Below the pieces are notes generated by a model that saw only the letters and a list, made by a program, of their open reading frames with translations, searched no databases and was not told where the DNA came from. 64,000 nucleotides of DNA, taken from an uncultured Mollicutes bacterium (GTDB lineage Bacteria > Bacillota_I > Bacilli_A > RFN20 > CAG-826). The position numbers and the translations under genes are program-made. The stretch spans positions 107,897 through 171,896 of the forward strand of contig CAMESG010000002.1 in the NCBI GenBank assembly GCA_945936135.1. Reading direction: 5' to 3'. How positions within the stretch are numbered: position 1 is the stretch's first letter; every line of letters starts with the position of its first letter. Below, in pieces: positions 57,408 to 64,000 of this stretch.

Positions 57408-57441
57408 AAAAGGCCGCCCCGTTCGTTGGGGCGGTCTTTTT
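57408..57441. terminator. Bidirectional terminator
   Basis: AAAAGGCCGCCCC/GGGGCGGTCTTTT hairpin between convergent genes. Confidence 0.8.
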
Positions 57442-57781
57442 AGTCGCCGTAATCCGAGCCGCGGGACTTATCCTCGACATAGATCTCCAAAGGATCCGTG
57501 ATGTCGTGGATCTCGCGATAGATGAAGCCTTCTTCGCCTCGCACCCAAGGGTATTCGAAGTCCGCGGTGAAGATCACTTTGTGGTTTTTCTTTATCGTTT
57601 CTTTGATCGAGTTCATGATGCGGTCAAAATCTTCAAAGCGTTTTTCTTTGAATCCGAGGAGCCCATCGTAAAACCCGGGTTCGATATAGAAGACGTTTCC
57701 GTCTTGGTCCTTATAGGCGTTCACGAAAGGGTGGTTTTCGTCTTTAAAGGATTGATATTCGTTGAATTCTTCGTAAATCAT
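57440..57781 (-). CDS. Small acidic hypothetical protein
   Basis: 113-aa ORF with host-like codons ending at the shared terminator. Confidence 0.65.
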   Translation of the reverse strand: MIYEEFNEYQSFKDENHPFVNAYKDQDGNVFYIEPGFYDGLLGFKEKRFEDFDRIMNSIKETIKKNHKVIFTADFEYPWVRGEEGFIYREIHDITDPLEIYVEDKSRGSDYGD

Positions 57782-57837
57782 AGCGTTCCGGGGCTTAGTC
57801 TACACCTTGAGGGAACATAAGAAAACGCATAAACTTA

Positions 57838-58665
57838 ATGGACCCTATGAAACAAGCCTCGAAGATCAAAATCGTTTTCACGGATATCGACGGCACTTTG
57901 TTTTCGCATAAAACGCACCATATTCCTTATAGCGCGATCGATGCGATCCACCAGATGCAGCGGAAAGGAATCAAAGTTTTCCTCTGCTCTGGGCGCAACT
58001 ACTACTTGATCCGAAAATCAGGCGTTCTTAAAGAAGTAATTCCCGACGGCATGGTGACCATGAATGGTTCAAACGCCATCATCGATGGCTCCGTTATTTA
58101 TCGTTATCCCATCCCTTCGGAAATCGTCGATAAGATGATCCTTTACGCCAAGAGGTTACGCTTTGGTCTTACCTTGATCGAAGAGGTCGAAGGCCATATC
58201 AATATGATTGATGAGCGCGTGATTTCAGCGCACGAAAAATACGGGACGCGGTTCCCTCAACCCCGCACATTCCCCGATCATTACGATAGAGTTGTGTATC
58301 AAATGATTGCTTTTTGCGACGATTTCGATGAATCGTTGTTTATGCCCCACCTTCCGAAGTGCAAATCCGCGCGCTGGGATAAATACGCGGTCGACATCAT
58401 GCTCGAAGATAGCGATAAATCCAAAGGGATCGAATCCGTTTTGGAATATTTTGGGATTACCGCGGACGAAGCGATGAGCCTAGGTGATGGCGAGAACGAC
58501 GAAGAGATGTTGAACTACACCGGCCTTAGCGTAGCCATGGGCAATGGGTGCGATGTGGCAAAGAAGGCCGCGGATTACGTCACGGACGATATCGATGAGG
58601 ACGGATGGGCGAAGGCCTGCCTCCATTACGGGCTCATCGATGAAATGCACACGAAGAAAGAATGA
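57838..58665 (+). CDS. Cof-type HAD-IIB hydrolase
   Basis: 'FTDIDGTL', 'CSGR', 'K..G', 'GDGENDEEML', 'AMGNG'. Confidence 0.92.
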   Translation: MDPMKQASKIKIVFTDIDGTLFSHKTHHIPYSAIDAIHQMQRKGIKVFLCSGRNYYLIRKSGVLKEVIPDGMVTMNGSNAIIDGSVIYRYPIPSEIVDKMILYAKRLRFGLTLIEEVEGHINMIDERVISAHEKYGTRFPQPRTFPDHYDRVVYQMIAFCDDFDESLFMPHLPKCKSARWDKYAVDIMLEDSDKSKGIESVLEYFGITADEAMSLGDGENDEEMLNYTGLSVAMGNGCDVAKKAADYVTDDIDEDGWAKACLHYGLIDEMHTKKE

Positions 58666-58673
58666 ACGCCTAT

Positions 58674-59153
58674 CTACTTATGATAGGGTTGGTGATTGAG
58701 AATTCGAAACGCGCGATAAAGCTGTTCTAGGAGCATCACACGCGCCAATTGATGAGGGAAGGTCATCTTCCCGAAACAGATCGATTCGTTCGCTCTCGCT
58801 TTTAATTCGTCGCTCAAACCAAGGGATCCGCCGATAATGAAATATAAGGAGGCGCCGTTTTCCTCGAACTTCTTTTGAAGATGTTCGGCGAAAGAAGGCG
58901 AGTCGTATTCCTTTTTATTTAGGTCCAAGGCAATGAGATAATCCGAAGGCTTGAGTTTCGCCAGAATGCGATCGCACTCCTTCTTTTTGACTTCTTCCTC
59001 TTCTTTGCTAGAGGCCCCTTCTTTTGTAGGGAAATCCGGAAGTTCTTCTATCGTTGTCTTCGCGTAGGGTTGAAGACGCTTCAAATATTCCTGGCAGGCA
59101 TCTTTCCAATAGCCTTCCTTGAGAGCGCCGATGCAAAAGATCGTGATTTTCAT
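58674..59153 (-). CDS. rlmH: 23S rRNA (pseudouridine1915-N3)-methyltransferase
   Basis: 'FIIGGSLG', 'MTFPHQLARVMLLEQLYRA', 'PYHK'. Confidence 0.96.
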   Translation of the reverse strand: MKITIFCIGALKEGYWKDACQEYLKRLQPYAKTTIEELPDFPTKEGASSKEEEEVKKKECDRILAKLKPSDYLIALDLNKKEYDSPSFAEHLQKKFEENGASLYFIIGGSLGLSDELKARANESICFGKMTFPHQLARVMLLEQLYRAFRILNHQPYHK

Positions 59154-59908
59154 GCCTTTTCCCCTCCATAAACCGGAGTGAATTGATCCGTGGGTTTCAG
59201 CAGGATTCCTTCAAGCGATACCTTGGCCTTCGCGAAGACCTTTCGATAGGTGTCCAAGGCGATCGCTGGAGTGTTGCACTCCTGCGAAATGTGGCCAAGA
59301 TAGATCGCTTTCGTTTTCGGCCCAATAACCATGGAACAATAACGGGCGCTCTTCTCATTTGATAAATGTCCTTGCTTCCCGCGAATCCTCTTTTTCAACC
59401 AATCCGGGCGGTTGCTTTGGCGAAGCATTTTGGGATCGTAATTGGCTTCGAAAAGATAGTAATCGCAATTGCGAATAAGGGTTAAAGCCTCATCACTCAA
59501 GGCGCCGGTATCCGTGATATAAGCAAAGCGTTCTTCACCACGCAAAATCAAGAAATTCACCGGATTAGGAGCGTCGTGGGACACGGGGAAAGGAAGGATG
59601 GTAAACGCGCCAACATTGATTCCTTCTCCAGGTTCCAAATATTCAAAAACCCGTTGCTCTCCAATGGAAGAAGGCGTGCAAAATAACGGGGTTTCTTTAT
59701 CCAAAAGTCCAATGCCCTTTACATGATCGCTATGATCATGCGTGATGAAAAGAGCCTCAATTTGCGTTGAATGCAAATTCAAAGGACGCAAAGCTTCATT
59801 CAAGGATTTCAATGAAATCCCCATATCGATTTGAAACGTCGTTTCGCCATCGGTAAACACCGTGGCATTACCTTTAGATCCAGAGGCAGCAAAGACAAAG
59901 CGCATCAT
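59150..59908 (-). CDS. MBL-fold metallo-hydrolase, WalJ/YycJ-like
   Basis: 'ASGSKGN', 'THDHSDH', 'SHDA', 'TDTG', 'GHLSN'; upstream of rlmH. Confidence 0.88.
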   Translation of the reverse strand: MMRFVFAASGSKGNATVFTDGETTFQIDMGISLKSLNEALRPLNLHSTQIEALFITHDHSDHVKGIGLLDKETPLFCTPSSIGEQRVFEYLEPGEGINVGAFTILPFPVSHDAPNPVNFLILRGEERFAYITDTGALSDEALTLIRNCDYYLFEANYDPKMLRQSNRPDWLKKRIRGKQGHLSNEKSARYCSMVIGPKTKAIYLGHISQECNTPAIALDTYRKVFAKAKVSLEGILLKPTDQFTPVYGGEKA

Positions 59909-61410
59909 TCACCGAAGCCATCGTAGTTTGCATTCGCATCCGCGTACATGCTTGCTTGTCTTTCTTGGAAGTCGGACGTCGGTTCCGTGAAACGCGAATA
60001 GGCTTTTTGGAACATCAAATCAAAGCTGCCCGTTTTGCCGTTGCGGTTCTTCGCGACGATGATCGTAGTTTTCGAGTTATCGCCCGTCTGTTTGGAGTCA
60101 ACGGGTTGTTCTTCCATGAGTTCTTCTTGCTCGCCGTTCTTCGCCATGAACTTGCGTTGCGATTTGTTTTTTAAGGAAACTCCTTGAGCGGTGTAATAGT
60201 CCGGGCGGTACATCAGCATACAGATATCGGCGTCCTGCTCAATATTGCCGGAGTCACGAAGGTTCGCGATCGTCGGTCGCTTGTCATCGTTGCTTTCGAC
60301 GTTACGGTTGAGCTGCGCCAAACAGATCACAGGGATTTGCAATTCGCGAGCAAGCTGCTTCAAAGCGCCAGAAATAAAGCCGACTTCCTGTTGTTGGTGG
60401 GCCAAGTCCGCTTTGTCGCTATAGCGAATGCGGCCGAGATAGTCGACCACAAGGAGGCCCAAATCAGGATTTTGCTTTTTCAATTTGGTTGCCTTCGCGA
60501 CCAAATCGCCGAGTTTGCAGTTGGGCGTATCATCAAAGAAGAGTTTCGTTTCCGAAATCTCCGCGATCGCCGAACTGATCTTGGCTTTCTCCATGTTCGT
60601 CAGGAACGATCCCGTCTGAATGCGATCATTCGAGACGGCGGAACGGCTTGCAATCAAACGTTCCATGACACGGTCCGCGGACATTTCTAGCGAGAAGAAA
60701 CCAACAGGCACTTTGTTCTTAAAGGCCGCTAAATAGGCGAGGTTCAAACCAAACGCGGTTTTTCCAACCGAAGGGCGGGCGGCAAGAATGATCAAATCGC
60801 CTTTTTGCCAACCGTGGGTATAGTCGTTTAAAACATCAAAGCCCGTGGCAAGGCCAGTCACGCCTTTGCCGCTATTGACGTTATTCGCTTTCTCTTCGAT
60901 TTGCGCCGCAACGGACGAAGCGACTTCTTGCGCGGTGCGCATGCCTTGAACCGAGCGCTTTTGGGCGATTTTTGCGATTTCATCGTTCGATTGGGTGATG
61001 AAATCGCCGACGCTTTCAACGCCTTCTGCGTACTTCTTTTGAATCTCTTGGGTCTTCAAAAGCAACTGACGAAGAACGCTGGTCTCGTGGACCATTTCGA
61101 TGTAGAGATCGATGTTGTCGGGATTGATCACCGTTTGGACGAGTTCCAGCAAATACGGAAGGCCGCCCGCGGCTTCATCGATCTGCATGATGACCATTTG
61201 GCCGTTAACCGTCTGGGCATCGATCGCCGAGCGACGTTGATAAAGCGCCTGCATGGCGCGAAAAACCAAGCGATTCCGGGGATCGGCATCGCTAAAATCG
61301 TCTTCGTTGAGCGAGTCGATGCCGACCTGCGCCGCCGAAGAATCGCAAAGCATTGCTCCCAATACGGAGCGTTCTGCTTCGACGTTGTTTGGCAAATCGA
61401 CCGACGGCAT
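59905..61410 (-). CDS. dnaB: Replicative DNA helicase
   Basis: 'AERSVLG', 'AARPSVGKTA', 'FFSLEM', 'VDYL', 'LRDSGNIEQDAD', 'AKNRNG'. Confidence 0.96.
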   Translation of the reverse strand: MPSVDLPNNVEAERSVLGAMLCDSSAAQVGIDSLNEDDFSDADPRNRLVFRAMQALYQRRSAIDAQTVNGQMVIMQIDEAAGGLPYLLELVQTVINPDNIDLYIEMVHETSVLRQLLLKTQEIQKKYAEGVESVGDFITQSNDEIAKIAQKRSVQGMRTAQEVASSVAAQIEEKANNVNSGKGVTGLATGFDVLNDYTHGWQKGDLIILAARPSVGKTAFGLNLAYLAAFKNKVPVGFFSLEMSADRVMERLIASRSAVSNDRIQTGSFLTNMEKAKISSAIAEISETKLFFDDTPNCKLGDLVAKATKLKKQNPDLGLLVVDYLGRIRYSDKADLAHQQQEVGFISGALKQLARELQIPVICLAQLNRNVESNDDKRPTIANLRDSGNIEQDADICMLMYRPDYYTAQGVSLKNKSQRKFMAKNGEQEELMEEQPVDSKQTGDNSKTTIIVAKNRNGKTGSFDLMFQKAYSRFTEPTSDFQERQASMYADANANYDGFGE

Positions 61411-61871
61411 TACTTCGCCTCCGAGATGTGAACGTTCACAATGCCGATGACTTCGCCTTCCGACCCTTTGTAGAGTTCGATCTTCAAACGGGTATAGCCA
61501 AGGGCGTTGGCGGGATACTTATCGATGAACTTGCGCTTATCGAGTTTGATGCCCCATTGCTTTTCGGCACCTTCGCAGATTTCCTTGGGGGAAACGGAAC
61601 CGAAAGCACGGCCGTCTTTGCCGGTTTTAAGGCTAAATTCGACGTTGATGTGCTCCAAGCGGGCTTTGATTTCTTCCGCTTCCGCCTTTAAGGCTTTTTG
61701 GCGTTCGACTTCCGCTTCGTTATCGCGTTTCAATTCGATTTGAGAGGCGTTGGTCGAAGCTTTCGCAAGTCCCTTCGGGATAAGGTAATTCAAGCCATAA
61801 CCATCGGACACGGTGACGGTTTCACCTTTTTTTCCGACTTTCTTTACGTCTTGCGTCAAGATAACTTTCAT
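61410..61871 (-). CDS. rplI: 50S ribosomal protein L9
   Basis: 'MKVILTQDVKKVGKKG', 'GYGLNYLIP', 'FGSVS'. Confidence 0.96.
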   Translation of the reverse strand: MKVILTQDVKKVGKKGETVTVSDGYGLNYLIPKGLAKASTNASQIELKRDNEAEVERQKALKAEAEEIKARLEHINVEFSLKTGKDGRAFGSVSPKEICEGAEKQWGIKLDKRKFIDKYPANALGYTRLKIELYKGSEGEVIGIVNVHISEAK

Positions 61872-63955
61872 TGTTGATTTCCTCCTAAATCAGATTTTGC
61901 TTCTTCAAGGTAATTTTCGAGACACTCCAAGAGTTTGGTCTCAACGAGGCGCACGCTGCCTTCGCGGAAGGACGCCGCTGCGCTCCCATAATGTCCGCCA
62001 CCACCGAGTTTCTCCATAAGTAGAGAAACGTTGATCGTGCCGTCGCTTCGCGCGGAAATGCCAACGGTGTCGACTTTGACTCGCCCAATGACGAAGGCGG
62101 CGTTGACGCCTTTCAAGCTGCGAATTTGGTTTGCGACCTTCGCAAGCGAGGCTTGCTCGACGATATCCGAATCTTCGCTAACGCAATAGGCAACGCCCGT
62201 ATAGGGGCTTTGCATCGTCGAAGAGATCTTCGTGACGAGGTTGTATTCTTCGATCTCGTCCTTCAAGAAATCATCGGCCTTGCCGTTGTCCGCGCCGAAT
62301 TCTTTCAAAACTTCCGCGGCTTCAAAGGAACGAATGCCCGTTGCCTTGGATTTGAAGAACATCGTATCAAGGAAGATGCCAGAGAGCATGAGCGTCGCGA
62401 ACGCTGGCGAGATTTCGATGCGGGGGTTCGCCGTCGCGTATTTCATCATCTCGGCGAGAATTTCGCTCGTCGAAGACGCCGACGGATCGATGTAAGAAAG
62501 AACGGGGTGTTCAATGAAATCTTCGCTGCGGCGATGGTGGTCAAAAACGACAACCTTTGTAGCCTTTTCTAGCGCCTTGCAACCGACAACACGCGAAGGC
62601 ACGGAGACATCGACGACAACGAATAAGGTTTCGGGGCGAATGCGTTCCTCCGCTTCTTTCGGGGAGATCGTAATGCGGTCGAAGGTTGCTTTATCAAACG
62701 AACCTTGGAAGGCCGCTCTCGCCTTCTTTTCCGTCAAGCGAGGATCAAAGACGATTTGACCTGGTTTCTTGCAATAATCCGCAAAGGCAAGGATGCCTAA
62801 GCAAGCGCCAATAGCGTCCATATCCGCATCCATGTGGCCGGAAACAATAACGTTGGAGCTCGTCTTGATCATGCCCATAAGGGAATCGGCGATGCTGCGG
62901 AATTGAACACGGCCCGTGTTTTCAAAAGCTGCTGTTTTGCCGCCGTAATAGCGCAATTCCTCACCATAATGGCTGACAACCGCTTGATCACCGCCGCGAG
63001 AATTCGCGATATCAATGGCGTTGGAAGCCATTTCGGAAAGTTTCGTGACGTCGTCGATATGGCTTGCAAAACCAATGGACAAGGTAGGAATTACTTGTTG
63101 CCCTTTCCCCAAGGCGCGAACGTCCGCCAAGAGAGAGAATCCGTCTTTTTCCATATGGGACAAGGTCGCGAAATTCGCGACGATGAAGTAAGAGTCGTTA
63201 CGGTATCGACGAACCAAGAAGCCCATCTTCTTCCCGTACTCGAAGATGGTGTTGCGAACCTTGGAAATAAGGTCGTTGTTGTCGTCTTCCGTCTTGCCTG
63301 CGACATCGTCGTAGTTGTCGATCATGATAATGCCAATGCAGATCGCCTGTTGACGATTGTATTCCGAAACCTGTTCGTAATCAGTCGTATCTTTGAAGAT
63401 ATACAAACGAGCGTCCGGAAGATACTTCACGAGGTAGAAACGTCCGTTGACTTCGATCTTCTGTTGCATGTCCGCCGGGGCGTTTCGTAAATCGCTTAAG
63501 CCCGGTTGCCATTCCATGATGTTTTGATCGAGCAAGTCAATTTGACGCTCCTTGAATAAAGCGTTGGTCCACAGGATGATGTCGTTTTCGTCCGTGACCA
63601 CAAGTCCGATTTGGCCAAAGTTATACGCTTCCTGGACATCGGATCCGATGATCGTCGCCGCGCCCAAATCGTTCTTTCTGCGGATGCGGTTCAATTTGAT
63701 TTCGGTGATCCAGACAACGAAGAAATTGATAACGAAAAGGGCGACAGTGCCAATGGCCCAATAGGATGGTTTGACCAATTCCTTGAACCCTTTTGGGAAG
63801 TCGAGGAAATAAAAGACGATGACAACGGCAAGGGCAACTGCTTCGAACAACACGAAAAGACTTGTGCTCACAAACATGCGGTGCAGAGCCGAGGACATGG
63901 AAGCCCGGTCCAAAACCCTTGGGCTCTTATGGTTTTGTTTGTTCTCTTTTGCCAT
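61868..63955 (-). CDS. gdpP: GdpP-like c-di-AMP phosphodiesterase (2 TM, PAS-like, degenerate GGDEF, DHH/DHHA1)
   Basis: 'RGGDQAVV', 'GH...DMDA.G', 'DHH', 'SARS', 'GGGGH'; gdpP-rplI-dnaB synteny. Confidence 0.9.
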   Translation of the reverse strand: MAKENKQNHKSPRVLDRASMSSALHRMFVSTSLFVLFEAVALAVVIVFYFLDFPKGFKELVKPSYWAIGTVALFVINFFVVWITEIKLNRIRRKNDLGAATIIGSDVQEAYNFGQIGLVVTDENDIILWTNALFKERQIDLLDQNIMEWQPGLSDLRNAPADMQQKIEVNGRFYLVKYLPDARLYIFKDTTDYEQVSEYNRQQAICIGIIMIDNYDDVAGKTEDDNNDLISKVRNTIFEYGKKMGFLVRRYRNDSYFIVANFATLSHMEKDGFSLLADVRALGKGQQVIPTLSIGFASHIDDVTKLSEMASNAIDIANSRGGDQAVVSHYGEELRYYGGKTAAFENTGRVQFRSIADSLMGMIKTSSNVIVSGHMDADMDAIGACLGILAFADYCKKPGQIVFDPRLTEKKARAAFQGSFDKATFDRITISPKEAEERIRPETLFVVVDVSVPSRVVGCKALEKATKVVVFDHHRRSEDFIEHPVLSYIDPSASSTSEILAEMMKYATANPRIEISPAFATLMLSGIFLDTMFFKSKATGIRSFEAAEVLKEFGADNGKADDFLKDEIEEYNLVTKISSTMQSPYTGVAYCVSEDSDIVEQASLAKVANQIRSLKGVNAAFVIGRVKVDTVGISARSDGTINVSLLMEKLGGGGHYGSAAASFREGSVRLVETKLLECLENYLEEAKSDLGGNQQ

Positions 63956-64000
63956 AACACAAATTATAAGGTCAAAGGGCCAAAAGGGAAAACGTTATTA

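Noticed and set aside
58666-58700. rlmH (orfX) 3' end as an SCC-type integration site
   Set aside because: rlmH ends 8 nt from a convergent core HAD gene; no inserted DNA or duplicated att sequence.
59905-61410. Intein in DnaB
   Set aside because: Length is near normal (501 aa) and there are no splicing or homing-endonuclease motifs.

Overview
Core-genome window of a moderately GC-rich Bacillota, most likely an uncultured, mollicute-adjacent gut or rumen Bacilli lineage (inferred from gene content and order). It uses genetic code 11: rpmJ, adk and dnaB end in TGA at the expected positions. Most genes lie on the minus strand. In order: sigH-like/rlmB/mgtC/cysS; the S10-spc-alpha ribosomal superoperon (no rpmD, no rpsD); tgt-queA-queH; assorted housekeeping genes; a class III ribonucleotide reductase module (NrdD fused to a redoxin domain, plus trxB and nrdG); a ~8-10 kb accessory island at the 3' end of rlmD; then metG, rpmE, tldD-pmbA, rlmH, a walJ-like gene, dnaB, rplI and gdpP. 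The island is the most interesting part. The 12-bp rlmD 'HVET' sequence is duplicated (48397-48408 and 50565-50576) around an integrase-less AAA/DUF4143 cassette. Next to it are a Fic gene bracketed by matching CTCACAA repeat clusters, an RHH/SHOCT-like remnant, a truncated IS1595 and a DUF4011-helicase-Vsr (Hhe-like) defence gene. This suggests tandem accretion of small cassettes at rlmD. About ten genes have a -10 box only 6-10 nt upstream of the start codon, which suggests frequent leaderless transcripts. No rRNA, tRNA or CRISPR array was seen. All family calls come from motif recognition, not database searches.
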